64,000 nt of DNA, from positions 2,025 to 66,024 of the forward strand of contig CAZYRN010000003.1 of NCBI GenBank assembly GCA_964650185.1, given 5' to 3'. Source of the stretch: an uncultured Pseudomonadales bacterium (GTDB taxonomy: Bacteria; Patescibacteriota; Microgenomatia; UBA1400; PJMF01). Below are positions 37,218 to 49,036 of this stretch, piece by piece (the first letter of the stretch is position 1; the number at the start of each line of letters is the position of its first letter). The position numbers and the translations under genes were made by a program. The notes below the pieces were generated by a model that worked only from the letters and a program-made list of their open reading frames with translations, did no database searches and was not told where the DNA came from.

Positions 37218-39710
37218 ATGATAGATGATTCATCAGAAAAAAACGATCAAGGTCAAGTGGTCTTTAGCAAGAGTCAGTCTAGCGAAAGCGACTCCGATAA
37301 AATCCTACCTTTAGATCAGCTTGTTCTACCAGTAGTACCAATTAGGGAAGGTGTCCTTTTTCCCAGTACTGAGTCGGTGCTGACATTTGGTCGGGATTTA
37401 TCACTGAATGCTATTAATCAAGCAGCTGAAAGTGACAACAAATACGTGGTGTTGCTAACGCAAAAAGATCCAACTGTTGATCTGCCTGGCCCCGATGACC
37501 TGTATCAAATAGGCAGCTTAGCTGAAGTTGATCGCACCCTCAATACCGAGGGCAGGGTCAATGCGCTGGTACGAGGCATTGGCCGAGTTAAAGTCGCTTC
37601 TTTTGAGACCAAAGAACCATTTTATCAAGCTAAAGTAACCCAGTTATCAGATTTTGTCGAACGTGATGAAGAGATGAAGGCTCTGACCAGCCATTTGCAA
37701 AAGATCTTTCGCAAAGCAATTCACATGGGCAAGCCGGTGGAGTTTTTAAACTTCATGAAGTTGATGAGCGGCGTCACTGAAGGTGAGTTGGCTGATCAAA
37801 TTGCCAGTACCTTAAATGTGAAAACTGAAGAAAAACAAGCCATTTTGGAAACTACCGAGGTTAAAAAACGCATCAAGCTCATCATCAAGTACTTAACTCG
37901 TGAGATGAAAGTCCTTGAGATTGAAAAAGATGTAGTCCATAAAACTCAGGAAAAATTTGACAAAACCATGCGGGAAAATGTGTTGCGGGAAAGACTGCGC
38001 ACCATTCAAAAAGAGCTAGGTGATCTGGAAGATGAAGAAGAAGTAGCTAGCACTTATGAAGATCAACTGAAGGACTTGCAGTTAGCTCCAGAGGTAAAAG
38101 AAAAAATTTCAAAAGAGATTAAACGCCTCCGAACCATGTCTCCCAATAATCCTGAGTCAGGTTATGTCCGCAGTTGGCTGGATACAGTTTTTGATATTCC
38201 TTGGAATAATGTGAAGACGAGCGAGATTACACTGCAGGAAGCAGAACAGATTTTAAATAAGAGTCACTATGGCTTAGAGGAAGTTAAGGATCGGATTTTA
38301 GAATACTTAGCTGTGCTGAAACTTAAACAACAGCAAACAGCAGATGAAGCTGCCACTGTCCCTACTATTTTATGTTTTGTGGGACCACCCGGAGTAGGGA
38401 AGACCAGTATTGGCAAATCAATTGCTGATTCGCTGGGCAGAAAATTTACTAAAGCTTCATTGGGTGGCATCCGCGATGAGGCGGAGATTCGCGGTCACCG
38501 TCGGACATATGTCGGCGCCATGCCTGGCAGAATTGTCAGCAGCATTATTCAGTCCGGCAGCATGAATCCAGTTTTTATGCTGGATGAGGTCGATAAGATT
38601 GGCACTGATTTCCGTGGCGATCCTTCTGCAGCCCTTTTAGAAGCTCTCGACCCCGAGCAGAACAAATCATTTGAGGATCACTACCTTGATATTCCTTTAG
38701 ATCTATCTCGGGTTATTTTTATTACTACTGCTAATACTCTAGACACCATTCCACCGGCACTGCGAGATCGGCTGGAGATTATTCGCTATTCTGGTTACAC
38801 CGAGTTAGAAAAATTTCATATTGCCAAAGACCACTTACTCAATAAACAGTTACAGGCTAATGGCTTGTCTCCAGATGTGATTGAGATGCCAGATGAGTCT
38901 TTGCAGTACATCATCAAGCGTTATACTCAAGAGGCTGGGGTGCGTGATTTAGAAAGAACCATCGGCAAAGTGCTACGGAAAGTAGCGCGGCGCATTGCAG
39001 AACAACAGACGGCTGAGATTGATGCCGTCAAGAAGCAGGATCAAGTTATTACGGTAAACCCAAAACAAGTCCGCGAGCATTTAGGTCCAGAACAGTTTGA
39101 CGTCAATCGAACTGAAGAAGTGGATCGCATTGGTGTGGCAACTGGCCTAGCTTGGACAAGTGTCGGTGGTGATATCTTATTTATTGAGGTAGCCTTAACT
39201 CCAGGTAAAGGTCGGGTCCAACTCACTGGAAAGCTAGGAGACGTGATGAAGGAGTCCGCTCAGGCTGCTTTAACCTACGTCAAATCTAATCTGAAAAAAT
39301 TGGGTATTGATGAGAAAACTTTTGAAAAAACCGATGTCCACGTGCATATTCCCGAAGGCGCCACTCCAAAAGAAGGCCCGTCAGCTGGTATTACCATTGC
39401 CACAGCCATGGTCTCAGCTTTCACCAACACACCCATTAACCGTGAAATTGCTATGACTGGAGAAGTGACATTAAGAGGACGAGTGTTAAGAATTGGTGGC
39501 CTCAAAGAGAAAGCCATTGCCGCTCATCGAGCCGGCAGCCGCATTGTCCTAATTCCTGAGGAAAATGAGCGCGATCTAGTTGATGTACCAGATCAAGTGA
39601 AGGATGACATTACCTTTAAGCCCGTGGCGACTATGACCGAAGTACTAAAACTAGCCCTGGTGAAACCAAAAAAGACTTCAGCCAAGAAATCTTCAGCCAA
39701 GAAAAAGTAG
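37218..39710 (+). CDS. lon: ATP-dependent Lon protease
   Basis: LON N domain, [17 protein letters not shown] catalytic Ser, IGGLKEK; start moved to ATG 37218. Confidence 0.96.
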   Translation: MIDDSSEKNDQGQVVFSKSQSSESDSDKILPLDQLVLPVVPIREGVLFPSTESVLTFGRDLSLNAINQAAESDNKYVVLLTQKDPTVDLPGPDDLYQIGSLAEVDRTLNTEGRVNALVRGIGRVKVASFETKEPFYQAKVTQLSDFVERDEEMKALTSHLQKIFRKAIHMGKPVEFLNFMKLMSGVTEGELADQIASTLNVKTEEKQAILETTEVKKRIKLIIKYLTREMKVLEIEKDVVHKTQEKFDKTMRENVLRERLRTIQKELGDLEDEEEVASTYEDQLKDLQLAPEVKEKISKEIKRLRTMSPNNPESGYVRSWLDTVFDIPWNNVKTSEITLQEAEQILNKSHYGLEEVKDRILEYLAVLKLKQQQTADEAATVPTILCFVGPPGVGKTSIGKSIADSLGRKFTKASLGGIRDEAEIRGHRRTYVGAMPGRIVSSIIQSGSMNPVFMLDEVDKIGTDFRGDPSAALLEALDPEQNKSFEDHYLDIPLDLSRVIFITTANTLDTIPPALRDRLEIIRYSGYTELEKFHIAKDHLLNKQLQANGLSPDVIEMPDESLQYIIKRYTQEAGVRDLERTIGKVLRKVARRIAEQQTAEIDAVKKQDQVITVNPKQVREHLGPEQFDVNRTEEVDRIGVATGLAWTSVGGDILFIEVALTPGKGRVQLTGKLGDVMKESAQAALTYVKSNLKKLGIDEKTFEKTDVHVHIPEGATPKEGPSAGITIATAMVSAFTNTPINREIAMTGEVTLRGRVLRIGGLKEKAIAAHRAGSRIVLIPEENERDLVDVPDQVKDDITFKPVATMTEVLKLALVKPKKTSAKKSSAKKK

Positions 39711-39757
39711 CTTACAGTTCCTCAAGTAGATCTGGCGGCTTGTGTTACACTAACGGT

Positions 39758-40699
39758 ATGCCTTTAAGCCTAAAATTACTCAGCAAACTGAGCCTTGTTT
39801 TCTTAGCTGGCGTGCTGTTAAGCGGCTGCACTGGCTTAGAACGCAAGAATGTTGGCGGTCTGCAGGTAATCACGGAGAATAGCAGTGCCAGTCTTTTTTT
39901 AGATGGGCAATATCTTGATAAATCGCCCTACATTAATAAATCTATTAAACCAGGCCAGTATACGTTGCGGATTGAGCCAGAGGATAAAAATCTCACTCCT
40001 CACGAAACTCAGGTAGCAATTCGTCGCAGTTTGCTGACAGTGGTCACTTGGAAACCAGGACCCACCGCTGAAACCAGTGGGGGAGTTGTCTATGAGATGG
40101 AGCCGATTCAAAGCCGGCACGGTGAGTTAGTTTTTATTACCATTCCTGATAACGCTTTAGTCAAAGTAGATCAGCAAGAACAACAGTTTTCACCAGTAAC
40201 CATTAAAGATCTTGAACCAGGACTGCATCAGTACGAAATTTTTCTAACTGCCTATGAAACTCAACAGCACTCAATTAACATTTTGGCAGGTCATCGAGTC
40301 ACAGTGACGGCCAAGCTAGCTCGTCTGCCAGAAATTGATCAAGAAACCACTCGCAGTTCCAACACCCCACCAGCATCGAATTCTACTGCTTTAACTGCAG
40401 CCAGCGGTGCCAATGCTACTCAAAGTGCCAGCACCTCTCAAAGTGCCTCTGCTGCGGCCAATCTGGCCGGACGAATTCCTAAACCTAGAGTCACCATTAC
40501 TACCACAAATTATTTTCAGGATGAAGTCGAAGTGCTGCGCGTGAGAGATAAAGCCAGCAATGCCGGGCAGGAAGTAGGTTTGGCAGAGGTTGGAGCAGTT
40601 TATCCTTATGCTGGTGAAACCAGTCAGGGTTGGTATAAAATTAATTTCAACGGCAAACAAGGTTGGGTCAGTACACAATTTTCTCAACTAGAGGAATAG
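39758..40699 (+). CDS. PEGA + SH3b domain lipoprotein
   Basis: LLSGC lipobox, two PEGA-like repeats, Ser/Thr/Ala linker, LRVR..GWYKI..GWVS SH3b. Confidence 0.8.
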   Translation: MPLSLKLLSKLSLVFLAGVLLSGCTGLERKNVGGLQVITENSSASLFLDGQYLDKSPYINKSIKPGQYTLRIEPEDKNLTPHETQVAIRRSLLTVVTWKPGPTAETSGGVVYEMEPIQSRHGELVFITIPDNALVKVDQQEQQFSPVTIKDLEPGLHQYEIFLTAYETQQHSINILAGHRVTVTAKLARLPEIDQETTRSSNTPPASNSTALTAASGANATQSASTSQSASAAANLAGRIPKPRVTITTTNYFQDEVEVLRVRDKASNAGQEVGLAEVGAVYPYAGETSQGWYKINFNGKQGWVSTQFSQLEE

Positions 40700-40705
40700 A
40701 TCCTT

Positions 40706-42352
40706 ATGCTAACAGGTGATCGCAAGTATGTGGTAATTTTCTTTGCCTTTTGGATTTTGTATTTTTTTCTATTTTGGTCGCAAGCAATCAAAATTGACCA
40801 ACTCGGTCATGTTATGGTCGGCAGCGTCAACATTTGGGGTGACTGGGCGGCTCACTTTACCATTGGCTCACACTTAGCCGAACAACAGCTACTACCAACT
40901 GCTAGCCCTTTTTTAATAAATCATGCTTTTAGCTATCCATTTTTAGCTGATGCAATTTCGGCTTTTTTAATCAGATTTGGCATGCCGTTTTTCCAAGCTT
41001 TCGTTATTCCTAGTTTTATCTTTTCAGTTGGTTTAGTAGCAGCACTGTATTACTTTTATCAACAGCTTTTTTCTTCTAAAAAATTAGCCATTGCCGCCGC
41101 GTTAGTATTCCTGCTCAATGGCGGTCTAGGTTTTGCTTATTACTTTCAAGATATTGCTAACTCCACTCATCCTTGGCACACTGCTCTTAATCCGCCCCGC
41201 AAGTACACCAATATAGAGCCGTTACACATCAGGTGGATTTCCGTGATAGATAGCATGGTCATTCCACAGCGAGCATTCACACTCGGCTTTCCGCTAGCCT
41301 TAGTCATCTTAACATTGGCTTTTCAGCAAATTGAGGAGAAAAAAGTCGGGTCAAAAAAGTTTTTCCTGACTGCGCTATTATTAGGCATCCTGCCGCTGGC
41401 CCATACACACTCCTTTTTAGCAGTTATCATTATCTTAACCAGTTGGGGCATAGCTGACTTAATCACCAGTCAAAATAAAAAGAAAGCCGCACGGTTTTGG
41501 ATTGGGTTGGGAAGCAGTTCGGCAATTTTGGCCACACCAGTTATTTTGAGCTATTTCTGGAACACAGTCAGTGAGTCGGGCTTTATCAAGTGGTTTCCCG
41601 GTTGGTACGCTTTTGAGTTTGCTGAGTTAGGTTGGTTAGAATTTTGGGTGAAAAATTGGGGAGTAATCCCACTCTTAAGCATCCTTGGCTTGATTCTTTA
41701 TCTGACTCCCCAAGGCAAGTTTAATAAATTCAGAATAGGTCTCTTTGCGCCATTTTTTATAATTTTTATCTTGCTCAATCTATTTTTATTTCAGCCTTTC
41801 ATTTGGGATAACACCAAGCTCTTAGTTTGGGCGGCAGTGGGCATGGCTGGGTTGGCAGCCTATAGCCTGCGCTATCTTTGGCACTGGTGGAAACCGGCTG
41901 CTGTAGTGCTTTTCTTCATCAGTATTTTTGCCGGCTCACTCGATGCTTATCACGTGGTGCGAACTGATCTTAACGCATTTCAAATGTATACTGCTGGTGA
42001 TCTGGAATTAGCAAGCTGGGTCAAAGAAAATACTCCCACCAATTCAATCTGGCTCACCGGCGATCAGCACAATCACTGGCTTTACAATCTGACAGGCCGT
42101 CAATCACTATTGACTTTCCGCGGCTGGCTGTGGACCCATGGCTATAACTACGCTGCTATTGAAGATGATGTCCTTACCATGTACAGCACCCCATTGCAAA
42201 ATCAAGCTTTATTTGAAAAATATGGCGTGGATTACGTCATTATTGGACCCAATGAATTTAATAATTGGCAGGCAAATCAAGATGCTTTTCAAAAATTTCC
42301 TATTGTCAAAGAAAATGAGTACTATCGGATTTACGCCATCTCAACTAACTGA
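40706..42352 (+). CDS. polytopic membrane glycosyltransferase-like protein (GT-C type)
   Basis: WGDWAAH first loop, many TM helices, C-terminal YGVDYVIIG domain. Confidence 0.6.
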   Translation: MLTGDRKYVVIFFAFWILYFFLFWSQAIKIDQLGHVMVGSVNIWGDWAAHFTIGSHLAEQQLLPTASPFLINHAFSYPFLADAISAFLIRFGMPFFQAFVIPSFIFSVGLVAALYYFYQQLFSSKKLAIAAALVFLLNGGLGFAYYFQDIANSTHPWHTALNPPRKYTNIEPLHIRWISVIDSMVIPQRAFTLGFPLALVILTLAFQQIEEKKVGSKKFFLTALLLGILPLAHTHSFLAVIIILTSWGIADLITSQNKKKAARFWIGLGSSSAILATPVILSYFWNTVSESGFIKWFPGWYAFEFAELGWLEFWVKNWGVIPLLSILGLILYLTPQGKFNKFRIGLFAPFFIIFILLNLFLFQPFIWDNTKLLVWAAVGMAGLAAYSLRYLWHWWKPAAVVLFFISIFAGSLDAYHVVRTDLNAFQMYTAGDLELASWVKENTPTNSIWLTGDQHNHWLYNLTGRQSLLTFRGWLWTHGYNYAAIEDDVLTMYSTPLQNQALFEKYGVDYVIIGPNEFNNWQANQDAFQKFPIVKENEYYRIYAISTN

Positions 42353-42984
42353 ATAAACTCAGTTGCATCAAGACTGGCCGTGCCTACCAACACCCCATCG
42401 CTGACCGCGGTATAGTCCATCACATTAGCTGGAGTGACGCTGCCGCCATATAAGACAAACACTTCACCAAAGAGCTGGATAATTCTGTCTTTCATCTCCG
42501 AGACTTCTGCCACCGGTACATTTTCTCCTGAGCCAATCGCAGCCACTGGTTCAAAAGCTACCAGACATTGAGCTAACTGGTCATCAGCAATCGCCGCCGC
42601 TTGCTCGGCGAGATAACCTGTATCAACACAAACAATGGGGGTAAGTCCATTTTGCAAAGCTTGGTCTACTTTCCGCGCTACCTCTTGAGAGGTTTCGTGA
42701 AAATATTGACGTCTTTCTGAATGACCAAGTAGCGCATATTTCACCCCCAGTCCGATTAAGTTGTGCGCTGCCACAGCACCAGTGTAGCTGCCAGCCGCAT
42801 AGGGGCTTAAATCCTGAACGGCTGCAGAAATAGTGGGTGGGACTAAGTGCAAAAAAGGGTAGGGTGGGGCCACAATTAGTTCGCTGTCCGGATGAGCTGA
42901 TGGATACTCAGCCAAAGTTTTCAGCCAGCTTTCAGCCTCTGATAAATTCTTATTTGCTTTCCAGTTTGCCACCACATATTTCAT
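42331..42984 (-). CDS. tpiA: triosephosphate isomerase
   Basis: ANWK, GHSERR, AFEP..AIG, LYGGSV, DGVLVG.ASL. Confidence 0.95.
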   Translation of the reverse strand: MKYVVANWKANKNLSEAESWLKTLAEYPSAHPDSELIVAPPYPFLHLVPPTISAAVQDLSPYAAGSYTGAVAAHNLIGLGVKYALLGHSERRQYFHETSQEVARKVDQALQNGLTPIVCVDTGYLAEQAAAIADDQLAQCLVAFEPVAAIGSGENVPVAEVSEMKDRIIQLFGEVFVLYGGSVTPANVMDYTAVSDGVLVGTASLDATEFIQLVEMA

Positions 42985-43033
42985 AAGTTTCTCCCTCTAT
43001 TACTATATCATTGATCATCAGCTTTATGTTACC

Positions 43034-44938
43034 ATGTGGAACGTGTCACAACTGCTCACTCAACTCAACAGCCAACAACAACAAGCCGTCATTCACGCCG
43101 AGGGACCTGCGGTCATTTTGGCTGGTGCCGGCTCAGGTAAAACCAGAGTTTTAACCTCTCGGGTCGCTTGGCTATTGGAACAAAAGTTGGCAACACCCGA
43201 ACAGATTCTCCTAGTCACTTTTACGAATAAAGCAGCTCAAGAAATGAATCAAAGAGTGGAAAAATTAGCCGGCACCAGATTGCCATTTTCCGGTACTTTT
43301 CACCGTATTTGTGCCTTAATTTTAAGACGACATGGCCACCACCTGCACCTCAGTCCCAATTACACCATTTACGACTCTCAAGATCAGGATGCACTAATTA
43401 AAAGCATTTACAAAGATAAGGGTTTTGATAACAAAAAATACAATTGGCGAGTGGTGCAATCACAAATTTCCCAGGCAAAAAATAACATGCTAACTTACAA
43501 TGATCTAGCTGATCAAGCGGCTTCTGAATTTGATGAGCATGTGGTCCGCGTCTATCAACTCTATCAGCGCCAGTTGCGCCAAAATCAAGCTGTTGATTTT
43601 GATGATCTGCTTTTGGAAACAGTGCGGTTGTTTACAGAAATTGATCAAGTGGCACAGCTCTATCAAGACCAATTTTCTCATGTGCTGGTGGATGAGTATC
43701 AGGATACGAACACTGCGCAGTATCAACTGACAAAACACCTCGCCTTGCCGCAGAATAATGTCTATGTCGTGGGGGATTTTTCCCAAAGCATTTATGCCTG
43801 GAGAGGTGCTGACTACCGCAATTTGCAGCACTTGAAAACAGAGTTTCCACAAATTAAAGAGTACCGGCTAGAACAAAATTACCGCTCCACTCAAGCTATT
43901 TTAGATGCTGCCACTCAAGTCATCTCACAAAACACGGGGCATCCCATTCTTTCACTTTGGACAGAAAAAACTGAGTTTCAGCCCATTACTTTATTAGAAA
44001 ACAGCGACAATGATACTGAAGCCAGCAATATTTTGCATGAGATTAAGTATCGATTGCAGGATTATGAGTATCGGGATATTGCAATTTTATATCGGGTCAA
44101 TGCTCAGTCGCGATCATTTGAAGAGGCTTGTGTACACTTAGGCATACCTTACCAGTTGGTGGGAGGCTTTAAATTCTATGAAAGAGCTGAGGTAAAGGAT
44201 GTCTTAGCCTACTTAAGAGTGCTGTTAAATCCGGTAGACTTAGTTAGTGTGCAGCGGCTGCAAAAACTTGGTAAGCGGCGTTATCAAAAGTTCCATCAGT
44301 GGGCTCAAAAACAAGCTGCACCCCTGACACCTTTGCAGGCATTGGAAGAAATATTACGAGTTACCGGCTATTTGGAAAAATATGATGAAGAAGATCCTCA
44401 GGATCAAGCTAGAATTGAAAACATTCAAGAGCTGCTCAATGTCTCCTCACAGTTCCAAGATATTGCTACTTTTTTGGAAAACGTAGCTTTAGTCCAAGAT
44501 AAACAGCTGGCAGATGTTGAAAACAGCAATGGCCAGAATGCCATCTCGATGATGAGTCTGCACTCAGCCAAAGGCCTAGAATTTCCAGTGGTGTTTTTAG
44601 TCGGTTTAGAGGAAGGGCTGCTGCCACACTCCCGCTCTGTTTATGATCCAGATCAATTAGAAGAAGAAAGAAGGCTCTGCTACGTGGGCATTACTCGAGC
44701 ACAGGAAAAACTGTACCTGTCTTATGCGCGCAAGCGCTGGCAGTATGGCAGCAGCAGTCAAACCTTGCCCAGCCGGTTTATTAGCGAAATCAACAGTAGC
44801 TTAATTAAACGGGTGCGAGTCGGAGAAAAGGGTTACTCTGCCACTGATGCAACTAAGCGCCGGCTAGTGATCGATGATGAAGCCTTAGACTCAGTCTTGG
44901 CAGGAGAGATGGATCTTGACGCGTTCCTCGACTCTTAA
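43034..44938 (+). CDS. pcrA: UvrD/PcrA DNA helicase
   Basis: AGAGSGKT, TFTNKAA, DEYQDTN, QNYRS, HSAKGLEF; GTG 43043 is an alternative start. Confidence 0.93.
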   Translation: MWNVSQLLTQLNSQQQQAVIHAEGPAVILAGAGSGKTRVLTSRVAWLLEQKLATPEQILLVTFTNKAAQEMNQRVEKLAGTRLPFSGTFHRICALILRRHGHHLHLSPNYTIYDSQDQDALIKSIYKDKGFDNKKYNWRVVQSQISQAKNNMLTYNDLADQAASEFDEHVVRVYQLYQRQLRQNQAVDFDDLLLETVRLFTEIDQVAQLYQDQFSHVLVDEYQDTNTAQYQLTKHLALPQNNVYVVGDFSQSIYAWRGADYRNLQHLKTEFPQIKEYRLEQNYRSTQAILDAATQVISQNTGHPILSLWTEKTEFQPITLLENSDNDTEASNILHEIKYRLQDYEYRDIAILYRVNAQSRSFEEACVHLGIPYQLVGGFKFYERAEVKDVLAYLRVLLNPVDLVSVQRLQKLGKRRYQKFHQWAQKQAAPLTPLQALEEILRVTGYLEKYDEEDPQDQARIENIQELLNVSSQFQDIATFLENVALVQDKQLADVENSNGQNAISMMSLHSAKGLEFPVVFLVGLEEGLLPHSRSVYDPDQLEEERRLCYVGITRAQEKLYLSYARKRWQYGSSSQTLPSRFISEINSSLIKRVRVGEKGYSATDATKRRLVIDDEALDSVLAGEMDLDAFLDS

Positions 44939-44963
44939 CTTTAACTAAACTATAATCAAACTT

Positions 44964-46001
44964 ATGCTAATCAGAGCCATTAGAGCTGAAGAAAAAGATC
45001 TTTACAATCGGGTAGTCAGCCATCCTCTTCAATCTTGGGAGTGGGGTGAGTTTCGCCAAGAAACAGGTGTCAATACCGCCCGTGTAGGTTTTTTTGACAA
45101 TGGTCAGCTAAAAAAAGGCATTCAAGTCACTTTTCATCAGCTGCCAGTTCCTGGTTTCAACCAAGTTGTCGGCTACTGTCCTCGAGGATTTATGCCCGAT
45201 GACGAACAGTTGTCAGCCCTGAAACAGTTGGGCCAAGCTCATCGTGCTTTATTTATTAAACTGGAACCGAATGTAGCTCAGGAAGTCGGCATTCCATCAG
45301 GACATAAAAAAATTGCCCAGTTTTTGATCAATAAAGGTGCCCAACCAGGGCGACCGCTCTTCACCAAATATACCTTTCACCTTGATCTAACTAAACCTGA
45401 AGATGAACTCTTTGCAGGCTTACAAAGTAAGACTCGTTACAATGTTAACTTAGCTTACAAAAAAGGCGTGAAAATTTTTGAAAATACTTCTGCTGAGGGG
45501 ATGGAGCAGTATATTTCTATCTTAGAAGAAACTATGAAACGGCAGGGATTTTACGCCCATACTCCTGAATATTTTAGGAAAATGTGGGCCAAGCTCGGCG
45601 ACTCAGGCATGCTGAGAATTTTCAACGCAGTTTACGAAGACACCATTATTGTGTCCTGGATTATGTTCGTTTTTAACGGCGTGATTTACTACCCCTATGG
45701 CTCATCCCGAGATCTGCATCGCGACGTCATGGCTAGTAATTTGATGATGTGGGAGATGATTAGATTTGGTAAGGAAATTGGCTGTCATACCTTTGATATG
45801 TGGGGCTCACTCGGGCCTGAGCCAGATAAAAAACACGCTTGGTTCGGTTTTCACCGATTTAAAAAAGGGTATGGAGGCAAATTAATGGAGTTTGTCGGCA
45901 CTTATGATCTCGTGCTGAACGAGCCTATTTACCGGTTGTACCGAATCGCCGAAGATTTACGCTGGAAAGTCTTGCGACTCAGAGCCAGATTGCCCTTCTA
46001 A
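44964..46001 (+). CDS. FemABX family peptidoglycan peptidyltransferase
   Basis: LQSWEWGEFR, PRG, KTRYNV, FDMWG, FKKGYGG. Confidence 0.9.
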   Translation: MLIRAIRAEEKDLYNRVVSHPLQSWEWGEFRQETGVNTARVGFFDNGQLKKGIQVTFHQLPVPGFNQVVGYCPRGFMPDDEQLSALKQLGQAHRALFIKLEPNVAQEVGIPSGHKKIAQFLINKGAQPGRPLFTKYTFHLDLTKPEDELFAGLQSKTRYNVNLAYKKGVKIFENTSAEGMEQYISILEETMKRQGFYAHTPEYFRKMWAKLGDSGMLRIFNAVYEDTIIVSWIMFVFNGVIYYPYGSSRDLHRDVMASNLMMWEMIRFGKEIGCHTFDMWGSLGPEPDKKHAWFGFHRFKKGYGGKLMEFVGTYDLVLNEPIYRLYRIAEDLRWKVLRLRARLPF

Positions 46002-46026
46002 AATAATTATCGTATCATCAATAACA

Positions 46027-46392
46027 ATGACAAATTCAAACGGCAACTCATTTCTCACTAAAGCAACCATTTTTTTAGTCAAAAGATTTGGCTCCTGGTA
46101 CAGCGTTTTATTTCATACGATAATTTTTGTTGGCTGGTTTTTACTGAAGTTGGAACTTGAGGTATTGTTAGTGTTGGTGTCCCTGGAGGCGATCTACATT
46201 GGTATCTTTATTTTGATGGCCGAAAATGTGGAAGCAGAGCAGAAAGAAAGGCGATTACAGCGCCAACGAGCCAAAGATAATCAGATCATTAAGGAAGATG
46301 CAAAGATTGATGAGCAATCACTATCACACATCAAAACTTTACGAAAAGAAATTAAAGACATTAAAGAAGGACTCAAACTACCCAATCAGTAG
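46027..46392 (+). CDS. DUF1003-like membrane protein
   Basis: FGSW..H, VSLEAIY..FILM..N, C-terminal coiled coil. Confidence 0.75.
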   Translation: MTNSNGNSFLTKATIFLVKRFGSWYSVLFHTIIFVGWFLLKLELEVLLVLVSLEAIYIGIFILMAENVEAEQKERRLQRQRAKDNQIIKEDAKIDEQSLSHIKTLRKEIKDIKEGLKLPNQ

Positions 46393-46425
46393 CTGTGGGT
46401 GAATTACTTAAATAGAGGAGAACAC

Positions 46426-47490
46426 ATGCGCACTTTCGGCATTAATGGATTTGGCAGAATTGGCAGAATTAGCTGTCGAGTTTGGTGGCAGCACTACCAA
46501 GACCAGTTAGATTTAAAAATGATCAACACTTCAGGCTCGATGGAGCTGGAAGAGTGGGCCCATCTGCTGAAGTACGACTCCAACTATGGTACATTTGCAG
46601 CCGAAATTTCCACTGATCGTCACCAATCTAAAGAAGACGTCACAGATGAGAACCCAGTTTTGGGAACGCTAACTATCACCTCAGCTGGCCGCTCTGCGAC
46701 GATAGTCGTGACTGCTCAGCGTGATCCCAATAAATTGCCTTGGGCGGCTCATGATGTTGAAGTAGTGCTGGAAAGCACCGGTGCTTTTAACACTGAAGAA
46801 AAGGCTGCTCAGCACCTCAATGGCGGGGCTAAATTTGTCATGCTATCTGCACCTGCTAAGGATGGTGATGTAAGCTCCTCAGTCAAGGGAGTGAATAGTT
46901 TTGAACCAGGAAAAAAGATTTTATCCAATGTCTCTTGTACCACCAACAGCGTCGCGCCAGTGATGCAGGTGATTGATCAAGTTTTTGGCATCGAAAAAGC
47001 TATGCTTACTACCATTCATTCTTATACTGATAATCAAAATACCTTAGATAACTCGCATAAAGATCTGCGCCGGGGCAGAACAGCTGCTAAAAACATTATT
47101 CCCACTACCACCGGAGCGGCTAAAGCTACCTGTAAAGTTATGCCTCAACTGCAAAATAGATTTGATGGCATGGCAATGCGTGTTCCCACTTCAGTTGGCT
47201 CAATTTCTGATTTAGTGTTTTTAACCAAACAAGAAACCACTGTGGCGGCAGTTAATGAGGCCCTGATTAATGCTGCTGCTCAGCCTCAGTGGCAAGGTAT
47301 CCTGGCAGTCACTGATGAACCAATTGTCTCATCAGACATTGTCGGCAGATCCGAGTCAGCCATTGTTGATTTGAGCTTTACCATGGTTGTCGCCGGTAAC
47401 CTGGTTAAGATTTTAAGCTGGTATGACAATGAGTGGGGCTATAGTCACCGCTTGATGGATCAAATTCAAGCTATTCCTACAGTTGGCTAA
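46426..47490 (+). CDS. gap: type I glyceraldehyde-3-phosphate dehydrogenase
   Basis: GINGFGRIGR, SCTTN, WYDNEWGYS; GAGGAG RBS before ATG 46426. Confidence 0.96.
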   Translation: MRTFGINGFGRIGRISCRVWWQHYQDQLDLKMINTSGSMELEEWAHLLKYDSNYGTFAAEISTDRHQSKEDVTDENPVLGTLTITSAGRSATIVVTAQRDPNKLPWAAHDVEVVLESTGAFNTEEKAAQHLNGGAKFVMLSAPAKDGDVSSSVKGVNSFEPGKKILSNVSCTTNSVAPVMQVIDQVFGIEKAMLTTIHSYTDNQNTLDNSHKDLRRGRTAAKNIIPTTTGAAKATCKVMPQLQNRFDGMAMRVPTSVGSISDLVFLTKQETTVAAVNEALINAAAQPQWQGILAVTDEPIVSSDIVGRSESAIVDLSFTMVVAGNLVKILSWYDNEWGYSHRLMDQIQAIPTVG

Positions 47491-47515
47491 AACTAGTTGT
47501 GCTTGAATTAGTCGT

Positions 47516-49036
47516 GTGCTGGCCCGAACCTACACTGCCACTATTCGTGGTTTAACTCCGATTAAAATTGAAGTGGAAGTCGTCAGCACGCGCGGTACTC
47601 CCAACTTGATTATCATTGGTTTGCCTGGCAGAGCAGTAGAAGAGGCAAAAGAACGCATTACCGCAGCCTTGCTGAAATGCGGCATCCGCATCAGAAGCCG
47701 CCGCACCATCGTTAACCTTGCTCCGGCAGATATTAGTAAAAATGACTCAGTGTTTGAGCTAGCCATTGCCGTGGGCATGATGAAAATGTACGGTGAGATT
47801 AAAATTAACACCGCTCACACCATCTTCTTTGGCGAACTATCATTAAATGGTGAGCTCAAACCGATTCGCGGGGCACTGCCTCTAGTACTGGCAGCCCAGC
47901 AAATGGGGTTTAAAAAAATAGTGCTGCCAGCACAAAATGCGACCGAAGTAGCGATGGTTCAGCAACTGACAATTCATCCGCTCCAACACTTACAGGAGTT
48001 TATAAACTATGCTCGCGGGCAAGCTTCTTTACCAATCTTAACTCCACGCCAGCTTGATCTAAGCCAGGCGGCCGCGGAGCGACTAGATTATGCTGATATT
48101 CATGGTCAAGTTGGAGCGAAAAGAGCTTTGGAGATAGCGGCGGCAGGCGGTCATAACTTACTGATGATTGGACCACCCGGCGCCGGCAAAAGTCTCCTCG
48201 CTAAAACTTTACCCACCATTCTGCCGCCGCTGACAACTGCTGAAGCGCTAGAGATTAACTCTATTTATTCCATTGCTGGCTTAAACAATCAGCAGTTTCT
48301 CACGCACCGCCCTTTCCGTGCTCCCCATCACACCATTTCCAAAGCAGGTTTAGTTGGTGGCGGACCGCGGCTCCTGCCTGGCGAGCTATCTTTATCACAT
48401 CGGGGCGTGCTTTTTATGGATGAACTTACCGAGTTTTCCAGTCCGCTGTTAGAAACGCTTCGCCAGCCTCTAGAAGATAGTCAAATCACAATTACCAGAG
48501 CTGCTGGTTCACAAACCTTTCCTGCTGCTTTTACCTTAGTTTCAGCCGCCAATCCCTGCCGCTGTGGCTGGTACGGCTCAGCTGCACACGCTTGTCGTTG
48601 TTCACCTTTTCAGTTACAGCAGTATCAGCAAAAATTGTCTGGACCAATTTTAGATCGAATTGATCTCATCATTAATATCAAACCAATTTCGCTCCAACAA
48701 TTAACGCTTTCATCTGCCACTGCCCAAAGCTCTTCGTCGGAATCTTCCGCTGTGATCAGAACTCGAGTTATAGCAGCCCGAAATATGCAAACCTTAGCTC
48801 TAGCAAAAACTGGAGTTTTAACCAATGCGGAGTTGAGTTCTAAACAATGCCGACAGCTATTAAAATTGGTGCCCGCTGCGCATAAATTGCTCATTAAAGC
48901 TGCTGCTGAACTGCAACTCTCAGCCAGAAGTTATTACAAAGTTATGAAAGTGAGCCAAACAATTGCTCAGTTAGCGGGAGAAAAGTTGATCCAAACAGAT
49001 CATTTAGCTGAAGCACTGCAGTATCGCGCTAGATAA
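47516..49036 (+). CDS. comM: YifB/ComM Mg-chelatase-like AAA+ ATPase
   Basis: IVNLAPAD, GELSL.G, GPPGAGKS, FRAPHH, NPCRCG. Confidence 0.9.
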   Translation: MLARTYTATIRGLTPIKIEVEVVSTRGTPNLIIIGLPGRAVEEAKERITAALLKCGIRIRSRRTIVNLAPADISKNDSVFELAIAVGMMKMYGEIKINTAHTIFFGELSLNGELKPIRGALPLVLAAQQMGFKKIVLPAQNATEVAMVQQLTIHPLQHLQEFINYARGQASLPILTPRQLDLSQAAAERLDYADIHGQVGAKRALEIAAAGGHNLLMIGPPGAGKSLLAKTLPTILPPLTTAEALEINSIYSIAGLNNQQFLTHRPFRAPHHTISKAGLVGGGPRLLPGELSLSHRGVLFMDELTEFSSPLLETLRQPLEDSQITITRAAGSQTFPAAFTLVSAANPCRCGWYGSAAHACRCSPFQLQQYQQKLSGPILDRIDLIINIKPISLQQLTLSSATAQSSSSESSAVIRTRVIAARNMQTLALAKTGVLTNAELSSKQCRQLLKLVPAAHKLLIKAAAELQLSARSYYKVMKVSQTIAQLAGEKLIQTDHLAEALQYRAR